Source: Alphaproteobacteria bacterium | GTDB taxonomy: Bacteria > Pseudomonadota > Alphaproteobacteria > JBFXJJ01 | Assembly (NCBI GenBank): GCA_050175015.1 | Contig: JBFXJJ010000001.1 | Location: 64,001-128,000, forward strand | Direction: 5' to 3' | DNA length: 64,000 bases | In this document: positions 1 to 9,657 of the stretch, piece by piece | How positions within the stretch are numbered: the stretch's first letter is position 1 | Layout of the letters: every line of letters begins with the position of its first letter | Notes under the pieces: generated by a model | What the model was told of the DNA's origin: nothing | The model's database searches: none | What the model saw: the letters and a program-made list of their open reading frames with translations, nothing else | Translations under genes and position numbers: made by a program

Positions 1-89
1 AGATTTTGATAGTTACGAAAATTTGATAAAAAAAGTTTCGTTACACCCGTTTTTATTTGAGAAGCTGAAGATTCTTTGAAAAAAGCCAT
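1..89 (-). CDS. recF: DNA replication/repair protein RecF, N-terminal fragment (runs off left edge; absent from ORF track)
   Basis: Reverse complement from ATG at 89 reads MAFFKESSASQIKTGVTKLFLSNFRNYQN; LxLxNFRNY is the RecF N-terminal motif; lies directly downstream of dnaN. Confidence 0.8.
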   Translation of the reverse strand, partial: MAFFKESSASQIKTGVTKLFLSNFRNYQN

Positions 90-186
90 AGGCGCATTTA
101 TACCAATTTCTTGCAAATTAAGATGATACATTATTTTTGTAAAAACCTATTGTAATCTTAAAAAAAACAACTGCTAAAAGCAGGCA

Positions 187-1302
187 TCAAACACGCATAG
201 GCATTAAAACATAAGTCGCTCTTGTATCTGCGATATTATTAATTACCGTTGGAGATGCTGAATCTGAAAAAGCAAAACGCACCGTATCTTGCCCTACTTC
301 TTGCAGAATATCTAGAAGGTAGCGATAGTTGAAACCTATTTCTAGCGCTTCACTATTATAAGAAACATCTATCTCTTCGGTTGCACTCCCAGCTTCTTGA
401 TTGGAAGAAGAAATAACAAGCGTAGAATTTTTAAGAAGTAGTTTAACGCCTTTAGTTTTTTCTGAAACGATAGAAACTCTGTCAACAGCACCCGCAAAAA
501 TCGCAACATCGGCGTCCATAATAATATTGTTATCTTTTGGAATAACTTTTTCATAATCAGGATAATTGCCATCAATAAGTTTAGATGTCAAAATAACATC
601 ATCAAAGGTGAACTTAATCATATTTTCAGAAAGAGAAACTGAAATCTCGCCAACAAACGTATCTATTAATTTTTTAACTTCTGTTATAGTTTTGCGAGGA
701 ATAATAATTCCTGGAATAGATTCTGCCCCCTTAGGAACATCTATTTCCATACAAGCAAGGCGGTGACCGTCTGTAGCTACAGAACGCATAACTTTAACAT
801 CTTCTTTTTCTGTAGTATGAAGATAAATGCCATTCAAATAAAATCTTGTTTCTTCTGTTGAAACTGCAAATTTTGTTTTATCAATCAATGCTGCCAAATC
901 TTTCGAATCAAGCAAGAAAGAATAGCCTAAATCTTCACCAGCAATAGTTGGAAAATCTTCCGCAGGAAGGCACGACAAAGAAAAGTTAGAGCGTCCAGCT
1001 TTCACCACCAAAGAACTATTATCTGCAATAAAATCAAAACTGATTTCACAACCATCAGGAAGCTTACGAACAATATCGTAGAGAGTATGAGCCGAAACTG
1101 TAGTTAAACCGCTATCCAAAACATTAGCAGCTATTGTTTCTTCAATCTCAATTTCCATATCAGTTGCTTTAAGAACGAGCTTACTGTTTATAGCTTCCAA
1201 TTTCACATTTGAAAGCACTGGAATAGTGTTTCTCTTTTCAACAACACTTTGAATATGGGTTAAAGATTTTAATAAGAGTGAACGTTCAACTGTAAATTTC
1301 AT
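187..1302 (-). CDS. dnaN: DNA polymerase III beta sliding clamp
   Basis: 371 aa; ATDMEI, STEETRFYLNG, VATDGHRL, KLIDGNYPDY and terminal VLMPMRV motifs; downstream of dnaA. Confidence 0.98.
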   Translation of the reverse strand: MKFTVERSLLLKSLTHIQSVVEKRNTIPVLSNVKLEAINSKLVLKATDMEIEIEETIAANVLDSGLTTVSAHTLYDIVRKLPDGCEISFDFIADNSSLVVKAGRSNFSLSCLPAEDFPTIAGEDLGYSFLLDSKDLAALIDKTKFAVSTEETRFYLNGIYLHTTEKEDVKVMRSVATDGHRLACMEIDVPKGAESIPGIIIPRKTITEVKKLIDTFVGEISVSLSENMIKFTFDDVILTSKLIDGNYPDYEKVIPKDNNIIMDADVAIFAGAVDRVSIVSEKTKGVKLLLKNSTLVISSSNQEAGSATEEIDVSYNSEALEIGFNYRYLLDILQEVGQDTVRFAFSDSASPTVINNIADTRATYVLMPMRV

Positions 1303-1623
1303 CGATATCTTAATACCTCTAATTTAAAAACAAAAACTTTGGTTCGAAAAGTATAACATAAACCCATTAAATCCAAAGCTGTTTTAGCGATTCGGACATA
1401 AGTTATACACGTATTTTTATTTCTTTTGGATGCCCATAAGGACTTTAGTGTGATATGGCGATAGATAAGAGCATTTTTGATTTATTTGTATTAAAAAATA
1501 AAGTTTATACTTTTGCCGTAAGATAAGATTATTGCTAAGCAAATTAAGGCTGTTTTTGAAAAAAACATTAAAAACTTTTTTATAAATGTGTTGTTTCTTA
1601 ACTGACGTTTTTATAAAAAAGTT

Positions 1624-1710
1624 TTGCTTTTACTAAAAGCAACGCCGCCACTTGGATTGCCTTAAGGTAAAATAAAGCCGGCAAATAATCACAAAGCACA
1701 CCAAACGAAT
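1624..1710 (+). ncRNA. Putative speF-leader / alpha-r45-like structured RNA element
   Basis: GC-rich patch in an AT-rich spacer: CGCCGCCACTTGG-ATTGCC...AGCCGGCAA...ACAAAGCA, with TTGCC (1657-1661) able to pair with GGCAA (1680-1684); resembles the alphaproteobacterial speF motif as recalled, not aligned. Confidence 0.45.
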
Positions 1711-1764
1711 TTAACCTTAATTTTACACTAAACGCTTACTAAATTAAGCGCTTAAGTCTTTCTA

Positions 1765-3231
1765 TTACTGACCAAGCATTCTTCTTAAAAGATCAACATC
1801 TTCGGCAAAAGCTCTATCTGAATTACAAATTTCTTCAATTTTACGGATAGCATGCATAATTGTCGTATGGTCTCTGCCAAATTTGCGGCCTATTTCAGGA
1901 AGCGAACGTGAAGTAAGCTGTTTAGCAAGATACATTGCAACCTGTCTTGGACGAGCAACAGACCTTGCTCTGCGTGCCGAATGCATTTCTCTAATAGAAA
2001 TATTAAAATGTTCCGCAACTTTTCTTTGAATCTCGTCAATAGTTACATTGCGGTCATAAGCATTAAGCAAGTCTTTCAAAACATCTTGAGCCATCAAAAG
2101 ATTAATTGTTCTGCCCACCAAAAGCTGTGAGTGTGCAACAACTCTCTGCAACGCACCTTCAAGCTCTCTAACATTTGAAGTAATCTTATGAGCTAAAAAC
2201 TCCAAAACCTGAACTGGCACTTTAACGCCGAGTTGTTCTGCTTTAGCTTGAAGAATACCAAGACGAAGCTCGTAATTTGTGGGATGAATATCTGCAACCA
2301 AACCACTGCTTAAACGGGATTTTAAACGACTCTCTATACCCATCAAATTAGTTGGTGACTTGTCAGCAGAAATAATAATCTGGCGTCCCTGCTCTATTAA
2401 TGAATTAAATGTATGGAAAAATTCTTCCTGCGTAACGTCTTTGTTGCAAATGAACTGAACATCATCAATCATTAAAACATCAACCGAACGGAACATCTCT
2501 TTAAAAGAGACCGTATCTTTATATCTGATTGACTTAACAAATTTATACATGAATTTTTCAGCAGAAAGACACAAAACTGTCCTATTAGGAGAGCGCTCTT
2601 TAATATGCCAAGCGATAGCGTGCATTAAGTGCGTTTTGCCTAAACCAACACCAGAATATAAAAACAAAGGGTTAAAAGCAATATCATCGGATTCTGCAAC
2701 TCTTCTAGCTGCGGCATAAGCAAACTCATTAGATTTGCCAATAATAAAGTTATCAAACGTAAATTTAGGATTTAAAGGAACAGAAATGCCATCATTACTG
2801 TCGTTATCATAAAAAGAATCTGGTCTATTGATAAATTTATTTTTAGCTGGATATAAATTGCTGGAATTAATTGGTTCAGGACGTGGAACCGGCATATTCC
2901 CAACCAAAGAATTTTCAATATTAGAAGAATCAAATTTTTCTTTTCTTGGTTTAGGAGCCTGTCCTGGGCGTACTAAAAATTCAATATCTTTAATTTGAGG
3001 ATTAAATTTACACCATAAAGCACGGATTCTGTCTGAGTAATGAGTTATAACCCAATTACGCATAAATCTAGTTGGCACACAAAGACTTAACTTTTCGCCG
3101 TCAAGAGAGCCCACAGTCATGGGTTTAAGCCAACTTTCGAAAGCTGCATCGCCAATTTCGGTCTTTATTTGACCGCAAACCTGCCCCCATTGATCTTGTA
3201 AAATATTTTCGTTCTTATGGCTCTCCGCCAT
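1765..3231 (-). CDS. dnaA: Chromosomal replication initiator DnaA
   Basis: YSGVGLGKTHL Walker A, LMIDDVQF Walker B, NVRELEGAL, domain IV RQVAMYL...GRDHTT. Confidence 0.99.
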   Translation of the reverse strand: MAESHKNENILQDQWGQVCGQIKTEIGDAAFESWLKPMTVGSLDGEKLSLCVPTRFMRNWVITHYSDRIRALWCKFNPQIKDIEFLVRPGQAPKPRKEKFDSSNIENSLVGNMPVPRPEPINSSNLYPAKNKFINRPDSFYDNDSNDGISVPLNPKFTFDNFIIGKSNEFAYAAARRVAESDDIAFNPLFLYSGVGLGKTHLMHAIAWHIKERSPNRTVLCLSAEKFMYKFVKSIRYKDTVSFKEMFRSVDVLMIDDVQFICNKDVTQEEFFHTFNSLIEQGRQIIISADKSPTNLMGIESRLKSRLSSGLVADIHPTNYELRLGILQAKAEQLGVKVPVQVLEFLAHKITSNVRELEGALQRVVAHSQLLVGRTINLLMAQDVLKDLLNAYDRNVTIDEIQRKVAEHFNISIREMHSARRARSVARPRQVAMYLAKQLTSRSLPEIGRKFGRDHTTIMHAIRKIEEICNSDRAFAEDVDLLRRMLGQ

Positions 3232-3660
3232 GACAAAATCCTCTTATTAATAATTTGTTAACTCTTCTTCTATTAAACTAAACTAAAAATTCTTTTTAGC
3301 CTTCGGTTAAAAGGTAATCAAAAACTTAAAAAGTTTAACATTATTTAATGTGCTAAAAGCTACAAACGCCTATTGTTTAACATTTGTTAAAGGCGCCGTT
3401 GATGCTTTGCATATTACTTATTAAAAAAACAAAAAACAATACAACATTGTACAAAAAACTAAATTAAATTTCTTGACTCAGTAGGGCAAATATATATCCC
3501 TGCGATTCTTAGCAATTTTGCAGAAAATCACTTCCGTTTTAATGCCTGCTTTAGCCCTACTCTTGGATAAAAATAAACAAAATATCCCCCAAAATATCCC
3601 CATAAAATTAAAACTAAAGATTATATTTTTTTAGCTTGATTTTTCAAATTTTTCTCCAAC

Positions 3661-3691
3661 AAAAAAGACCGTAAATTACTTTACGGTCTTT
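3661..3691 (-). terminator. Intrinsic terminator downstream of rpsT
   Basis: Hairpin AAAGACCGTAAA-ttac-TTTACGGTCTTT with an A-run on the left (U-tail on the minus strand). Confidence 0.75.
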
Positions 3692-3740
3692 ACCATTTAA
3701 GAATCGCTTTATCTAAAATTTAGATATAAGAATCCAAAAA

Positions 3741-4001
3741 CTACATAGCTTTAATATGAGCTGCAAGTCTTGAAATTTTACGACTAGCGTTTTTAACTTT
3801 GACTGCGCCAACTTTAACACCGCGCATTAATTCAGATTCGGTTGTTCTGAAAAGTTCTGCGGCTTTTTCTTTTTCACCAGCAGCGATTGCAAGTTCAACA
3901 CTCTTTACAAAGCTTCTAACTTTACTGCGGCGTGTGCTCATAAAAATATTACGTTTCAAATTGCGGCGAATTCTTTTTTTTGCCGATGCATGATTTGCCA
4001 T
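3741..4001 (-). CDS. rpsT: 30S ribosomal protein S20
   Basis: MANHASAKKRIR...KNASRKISRL; rpsT-dnaA order typical of Alphaproteobacteria. Confidence 0.97.
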   Translation of the reverse strand: MANHASAKKRIRRNLKRNIFMSTRRSKVRSFVKSVELAIAAGEKEKAAELFRTTESELMRGVKVGAVKVKNASRKISRLAAHIKAM

Positions 4002-4122
4002 ATTACTAAACCTTTAAAATCTATTTAAACCTTGAGTCTTCATAAAAACCCCTAGAGGAAAAGTTATAATCGAAAAAATACTTAAAAGTCAACTCTTCTA
4101 AGGGATTAACATTAAAAAAAAT

Positions 4123-4899
4123 TTACTTATTACCAAAAGCTGGCGGTCTTTTTTCCATAAAGGCAGCTAAACCTTCAAAATGGTCTTCGGTTCCAAAACC
4201 TGCACAAAACAGAGCTTTTTCAAAGGCTAAGCCATCACTAACTGACATTTCATCGGCTTTTTTAACCGCTTCTTTTGCCATCAAAACATTAGGACGAGAA
4301 AACAAGGCTATTTTTTCTGCTGATTTCAAAGCATCTGTCATAAGCTCTGCTAAGGGAACGATTCTGCTAATCATTCCAGCTCTTTCCGCCTCATCAGCAT
4401 CAATGCTCCTGCCGGTAAGAATCATCTCCATAGCTTTTGACTTACCAATTAATTTTGTTAACCTTTGAGTTCCGCCAAAACCTGGTATCATACCAATACT
4501 GACTTCGGGCTGTCCAAACTTAGCATTGTCGGCGGCAATAATGAAATCACAAACCAAAGCAAGTTCACAGCCTATGCCCAACGCATAGCCAGCAACCGCT
4601 GCAATTAGAGGTTTACGAAAATTGGTAATTTTATTCCAATCAGTTACCATATAATTGTCGAGATAAACTTCTGACAACCCTTTATTAATAAGCTCTGGAA
4701 TATCTGCCCCAGCAGCAAAGGCTTTATCACTTCCCGTTATGACAACTGCACCAATTTCTTCATCAAGATCAAATTCATTTAACTGCAAAGCAATTTCTTT
4801 AACCATACCCTCACAAACTGCATTTAAAGATTTAGGACGATTGAGTGTAATAACACCAACCACTCCCTGTTTTTCCGCAAGTATGAATTCATAACTCAT
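4123..4899 (-). CDS. Enoyl-CoA hydratase
   Basis: LNRPKSLNA, FAAGADI, GYALGIGCEL, FGQPE crotonase motifs; start moved to the MSYEF ATG, which has an AAAGGA RBS. Confidence 0.93.
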   Translation of the reverse strand: MSYEFILAEKQGVVGVITLNRPKSLNAVCEGMVKEIALQLNEFDLDEEIGAVVITGSDKAFAAGADIPELINKGLSEVYLDNYMVTDWNKITNFRKPLIAAVAGYALGIGCELALVCDFIIAADNAKFGQPEVSIGMIPGFGGTQRLTKLIGKSKAMEMILTGRSIDADEAERAGMISRIVPLAELMTDALKSAEKIALFSRPNVLMAKEAVKKADEMSVSDGLAFEKALFCAGFGTEDHFEGLAAFMEKRPPAFGNK

Positions 4900-4929
4900 A
4901 TTTGTTTTATCCTTTCTTTTCCTCAATCT

Positions 4930-5304
4930 TTAAAGAGCTGGTTTAGCCTCGAATCTAAACGTATTTGCTGAAGAATCTCCTAAATATTCAATAGTAAGAA
5001 TCTGTCCTTCTCTATGAAACCTTTCTGTTTTACCTTCTTTAGCATCAAAAATCCAGCCTAATTGCGGGAGCGTTTTCTGATAAAAATCAAAAACCGCACT
5101 TTGCTTTAAATCGGCAGCATCAGCATAAGCCTCAACAATGCTTCCAGAAAGCGAATCAAAAGAAATTCCAGCATCATCAATAATGGACATGCCTTCCATT
5201 AAAGGCAAATCCTCAAAACCATCAATGAATACCGATTCTTCTAAAAACGCTGTTTTAGGAAGAAGAAACAATAACAAACTTATTACTATAAATTTTAACT
5301 TCAT
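4930..5304 (-). CDS. Conserved exported hypothetical protein
   Basis: Signal-peptide-like N-terminus; DLPLM...FYQKTLPQLGW; sits in the mutM-hypothetical-hydratase run. Confidence 0.7.
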   Translation of the reverse strand: MKLKFIVISLLLFLLPKTAFLEESVFIDGFEDLPLMEGMSIIDDAGISFDSLSGSIVEAYADAADLKQSAVFDFYQKTLPQLGWIFDAKEGKTERFHREGQILTIEYLGDSSANTFRFEAKPAL

Positions 5305-5319
5305 AAAGCCTTCTTAACG

Positions 5320-6168
5320 TTAGTGCTGACAATTTGCACAATAAAATGTCGATCTGTTGTTTTGAACAATTTTTTTTATAACATTGTTTTCAGAAGATTT
5401 ACAGATGGAATTATGACATTTTTGACCTTCCCTGCCATAAACATCAAGTTTATTAGCAAAATAGCCTAAATCACCAGAAGGAGTTGCATAATCACGAATC
5501 GTTGTCCCTCCTGAAGCAATTGCCTCACTTAAGACTGACTTTACAGCTGTAATAAGCTTTGCTATTTCTTCTTTTTTCAAATCGCAGGCTGGGCGCAATG
5601 GAGAAATTCCAGCTCTAAAAAGTGCCTCACAAGCATATATGTTGCCGATACCTGCTATAATTTTCTGATTTAAAAGCGTCGTTTTAATATTCATTTTATG
5701 ATTTTTAAACGCTGTTTCAGTATAGTTTTGATTAAAATCATCAGATAGCGGTTCAACACCTATATCTTTCAGCAACTTGTTCTGTTCCAAATCTTTGGTT
5801 TCACAGATAGTAAAACAGCCAAAACGTCTAGCATCATTATATATAAAAAGCTTTTCACTATCATAAAAACTCATAACAACATGATCGTGTTTTTTTAAAG
5901 AATCTGCTTCGTCGTTATTTATGATTCTTATTTTTCCAGACATTCCTAAATGAACAATAAGCGTTTTTTCATTGCTCAATCCCAGCAAAATGTACTTAGC
6001 CCTTCTTTGAATTTTATTAATTGTCTGATTTACAGAGTTTTTTTCTAAATTTTGTGGTATCATAATACGTAAGTTACGATTTGTTATAGAAATGTCTTTT
6101 ATTTTCTTGTTTTGAAAATATTTAGAAATTCCTAAGACAACAGTTTCAACTTCAGGTAGTTCGGGCAT
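5320..6168 (-). CDS. mutM: Formamidopyrimidine-DNA glycosylase
   Basis: MPELPEVE start, RRAKY, HLGMSG, GIGNIY, C-terminal zinc finger. Confidence 0.97.
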   Translation of the reverse strand: MPELPEVETVVLGISKYFQNKKIKDISITNRNLRIMIPQNLEKNSVNQTINKIQRRAKYILLGLSNEKTLIVHLGMSGKIRIINNDEADSLKKHDHVVMSFYDSEKLFIYNDARRFGCFTICETKDLEQNKLLKDIGVEPLSDDFNQNYTETAFKNHKMNIKTTLLNQKIIAGIGNIYACEALFRAGISPLRPACDLKKEEIAKLITAVKSVLSEAIASGGTTIRDYATPSGDLGYFANKLDVYGREGQKCHNSICKSSENNVIKKIVQNNRSTFYCANCQH

Positions 6169-7498
6169 GATTTTTAACTTAAGATTATACCAATTAGCAA
6201 TTAAACTAGCTAAAAAAGGAGTTTACTCTTCTTTAGCTTACTTACCTATGAATTTTTGTCTCAAGTTCTTTTTAAAGTCAATTTCAAAAAAAACAAATTC
6301 GGTGGAATATCCTCTTATTATTGATGAACTTTGCTCTGAAAACCCTGTTCTAGCAAGGCTTTTAAGCTTCTTTTCGTGCCGTATTGATTTATTTGATAAT
6401 AATATTTTAAACAAACTGCCATCTTTTAAAAATACATCTTTATCCGAAACCAAAGAAAATCAGCTTCAAATTACAAAAAGCTTAAAAAATTTAAAAAATT
6501 TTGCTGCGGACAATGCTTTTATTTTATGGCTTTTAACCGAAAACATTAATAAAAAACCCAATAAGTTTAATCTTAGACTTCTACAAGCCACTAAATATTT
6601 TCTTGAAAAAATAGACTTTGAAACTGATTTAAGATTTGAGGCTGCAAATGCCTGCGCTATTTTTGACGATTTTTACAGCGATGACAACTTCAAAGCTTTT
6701 GACGTTGACTGGATAAAAACAGACTACAACGTGCTAGTTTATGAAAAACAAGAAGAACTAGAACCAATAAAGATAAAAGAGCTTGATATTGACCTCATAA
6801 AAACATTTTATACCATCTTTTTTAAAATGGTTTTTGCTAGGGGCTATTTTAATTTTGATTTTACTAAAAACAATATCGCTCTAACCAAAGACCATAAATT
6901 TGTTCTGCTCGATTACAGCTCTGTCATCAAAATCAACACCGATGAACGTGTGATATTAGGCGAAATCTTCCTTAAACTTCTAGATAGTGATTATGAGGGC
7001 ATTATAAAATTAATAGAGACTAAGAACTGGGGCTATTTTAAAGGTGACTCTTCTTTTATTGGCCTAATGGAAAAGAAAACTGGGCTTTTTGATAAACTTG
7101 AAACTTTATGCAAATCGTCTCTGAATTTTGATTTTTACCTTCCTAATGAAATCTTTATGGTTTGGCTGGGATTAAAAAATATCCGCAAATTATCTTCTAA
7201 ATTAAATGTTGATGAAGATGATATTTATAATCAACTCAAAGATATTCTGCTTAAAGAAAAGAAAAGTCTGTTTGCACACCAAAAAGAAAAGACAACTAAA
7301 TATCCCGAATTTAAAGATAAGATTAAAGTTGGATTGCAAAAAAAAGCTCTTTTATCTTCCGAAAAAGAGAAGAAAAAATATTTTTTTCAAACTGATGATG
7401 AACCCAAATGCCGCCCCCGTAAAAAAAGGGTTAACTCTATGCTTTTATGGGTTACAATACTTATTATTTTATATCTCTTTATAAAATTCAGGCTTTGA
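6167..7498 (+). CDS. Highly divergent UbiB/ABC1-like protein (probable pseudokinase)
   Basis: Syntenic position (divergent from mutM, upstream of dut); remnants ETDLRFEAANA, VDWIKT..VLVYE, GYFNFD, LLDYS; C-terminal TM helix; true start uncertain. Confidence 0.6.
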   Translation: MIFNLRLYQLAIKLAKKGVYSSLAYLPMNFCLKFFLKSISKKTNSVEYPLIIDELCSENPVLARLLSFFSCRIDLFDNNILNKLPSFKNTSLSETKENQLQITKSLKNLKNFAADNAFILWLLTENINKKPNKFNLRLLQATKYFLEKIDFETDLRFEAANACAIFDDFYSDDNFKAFDVDWIKTDYNVLVYEKQEELEPIKIKELDIDLIKTFYTIFFKMVFARGYFNFDFTKNNIALTKDHKFVLLDYSSVIKINTDERVILGEIFLKLLDSDYEGIIKLIETKNWGYFKGDSSFIGLMEKKTGLFDKLETLCKSSLNFDFYLPNEIFMVWLGLKNIRKLSSKLNVDEDDIYNQLKDILLKEKKSLFAHQKEKTTKYPEFKDKIKVGLQKKALLSSEKEKKKYFFQTDDEPKCRPRKKRVNSMLLWVTILIILYLFIKFRL

Positions 7499-7676
7499 TT
7501 AGAGTGCATAGCAACTAGAACTTTTTCATTCATATGACATTATGATATATGTCAAAAAAATTTGCTTTTAATGAAAGCAAAGACGTCAGCAGACACTTAC
7601 CGTCAGGCAAAATAAAAAACTTACACCATAAAAATTAGATGCAACTAAACACAAAATACCTTTAATGAAATATGCT

Positions 7677-8267
7677 CTAATACGGCGCTAAGGTCTGTTT
7701 TTGATAATCATTCATTGCCCGCCAAACTGCATTGGCATTTTTACCAGCATTCTCTACCCCGAGGTTAGCAGCAAGGCTGTAAAGCTCCCAAGCTTTATGC
7801 AAATCTTGTTTCATTCCTATGCCATTAGCGTTAAGCCACGCTAAAATTTCCACCGCATTTTTATCTTTCTCATCAGCTTTCTTGGTTATTTCTGCAATGT
7901 CAAAAGGTGATGGATTTCCTTTTTGGACTGAAACCACGATATCTTTCCAAGTTTTAATTGGCTCTGGAGCTCCATATTCCATAGCTTTTATAAGCTTTGA
8001 ATCAACTTTAGGAGCCTCAATTTTTGCATCTGGCTTTTTCACTAAAAAATCTGGGCTTTCTTTTTTACCATCAAGCTTTGTAACTTCAAATTCAGGAGCT
8101 TGGCGATTAATTACAAATTCTGGAAGTGATCCTTCATAATTTTCACTGAGCATTTTGCGATATAAATCATCTAGGCTAGAGCTAAAAGCTTCAGCTGCAG
8201 ATGTTGATAAAAACAAAAATATTCCTAAAAAAATAACAAATTTTTTCATATCAGCGTTTAAAATCAC
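7677..8267 (-). CDS. Exported Sel1-like repeat protein
   Basis: Signal peptide; LAWLNANGIGMKQDLHKAWELYSLAA Sel1 repeat. Confidence 0.75.
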   Translation of the reverse strand: MILNADMKKFVIFLGIFLFLSTSAAEAFSSSLDDLYRKMLSENYEGSLPEFVINRQAPEFEVTKLDGKKESPDFLVKKPDAKIEAPKVDSKLIKAMEYGAPEPIKTWKDIVVSVQKGNPSPFDIAEITKKADEKDKNAVEILAWLNANGIGMKQDLHKAWELYSLAANLGVENAGKNANAVWRAMNDYQKQTLAPY

Positions 8268-8445
8268 AGTTTATGGTCAAAAAATTTAACTTCAGGCTTT
8301 TTTTAAAAAAGCCTGCTCTATAAGAATCTATTTATACTATTTAAAAGTTACCTAAATATTAATTTTTTTAACTTCTTTTATATTTTATTTTTTTAATGTT
8401 AAATTAATTTTTTTTAAAACTCTTTTTTATAGGAATCTTTCCGTT

Positions 8446-8910
8446 ATGAATTCTTACCAAATACCAACTGTAACCGTTCCTATTGTTCGCTTTTCTGAAT
8501 CTGTTGATTTAGAACTGCCTCAGTATGCTACAGAATTATCATCAGGAGTCGACCTTGTAGCTGACATTAATGAAGAATTAATAATAAAGTCTGGCGCTCG
8601 AATGACCATTAGCACAGGCATAGGAATCGAACTCCCCTATGGCTTTGAAGCTCAAGTCCGCTCCCGCTCTGGACTTGCTGCCAAAAATGGAATTATGGTT
8701 TTGAACTCTCCTGGAACTATCGATGCCGATTATCGTGGTGAGATTAAAGTTATCCTTTATAATACTGATGATACTGATTTTGTCATTTCCAGAGGTATGA
8801 AAATTGCACAATTAGTCATTGCGCCTATTGCTAAACTGATATGGCAGGAAAATAAGCATATAGGTGAAACTAAACGTGGTCAGGGTGGTTTTGGCTCCAC
8901 AGGGATTTAG
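8446..8910 (+). CDS. dut: dUTP diphosphatase
   Basis: RSRSGLA, NSPGTIDADYRGE, RGQGGFGSTG motifs. Confidence 0.97.
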   Translation: MNSYQIPTVTVPIVRFSESVDLELPQYATELSSGVDLVADINEELIIKSGARMTISTGIGIELPYGFEAQVRSRSGLAAKNGIMVLNSPGTIDADYRGEIKVILYNTDDTDFVISRGMKIAQLVIAPIAKLIWQENKHIGETKRGQGGFGSTGI

Positions 8911-9002
8911 ATTTTTTATGGTCAATAACTTGCAAACATTTAGTTATTAGTGTAAAAGTTGTTTAACCATAAAGGTAATTTTATACGCAAGGGTTTGGGA
9001 TA

Positions 9003-9518
9003 ATGAAAAGACTTAAAATATATGGGTTCTTCTTAGTTTTTTTGCTAACAGCCTTTAGTATAACTATTTCTACCAGCTATGCAGAATCCATTTCTCAAAG
9101 TGGACTTCCTCTCCCTAGATTTGTTTCTCTGCGTTTTCAAAGAGTCAATTTAAGATCTGGTCCTGGTACCAGATATCCTGTTAAATGGGTCTACTTAAAA
9201 ATAGGTTTGCCTGTTGAAGTAATTACTGAATTTGATAATTGGCGGCTAGTTAGAGATTGGGAAGGAACCGAAGGTTGGATGCATCAATCAACGTTATCTG
9301 GACGCAGAATGATAAGAATTACTGGGGTTGAACGTAATTTGAGAAATTCCCCAGCAGAAGATTCCCCGTTAGTTGCAAAATTAGAAGCTGGCGTTATTGG
9401 AAAATTATTACAATGTCCTAGAGATTCTATGTTCTGTCGTGTTGAAGTTAACAATTACCACGGTTGGTTAAAGCGTGGTGAATTCTGGGGAGTGTACCCA
9501 GGTGAGCATATTGATTGA
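9003..9518 (+). CDS. Bacterial SH3 domain-containing periplasmic protein
   Basis: SGLPLPRFVSL, VNLRSGPG, LPVEVITEFDNWR; signal peptide. Confidence 0.88.
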   Translation: MKRLKIYGFFLVFLLTAFSITISTSYAESISQSGLPLPRFVSLRFQRVNLRSGPGTRYPVKWVYLKIGLPVEVITEFDNWRLVRDWEGTEGWMHQSTLSGRRMIRITGVERNLRNSPAEDSPLVAKLEAGVIGKLLQCPRDSMFCRVEVNNYHGWLKRGEFWGVYPGEHID

Positions 9519-9657
9519 TAAAAAATTAGGTATCTTGAAGCGCTAAATTTTAGATAACTTCTTTTTATTTTTCTAAAGAACAGGCTTAATTTGCAAAGTA
9601 AATAGCTAATCTTTATAAAAAGACTAGCTAATTCACTTAGAATGACATTTATAATAA

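Noticed and set aside
1303-1764. oriC between dnaA and dnaN
   Set aside because: Only one imperfect DnaA-box-like word seen (TTATACACG at 1403) and no box cluster; alphaproteobacterial origins are often unlinked from dnaA.
7499-7680. MITE bounded by TTAGAG..CAT / ATGCTCTAA
   Set aside because: The inverted ends are short and imperfect and there is no second full copy in the window.
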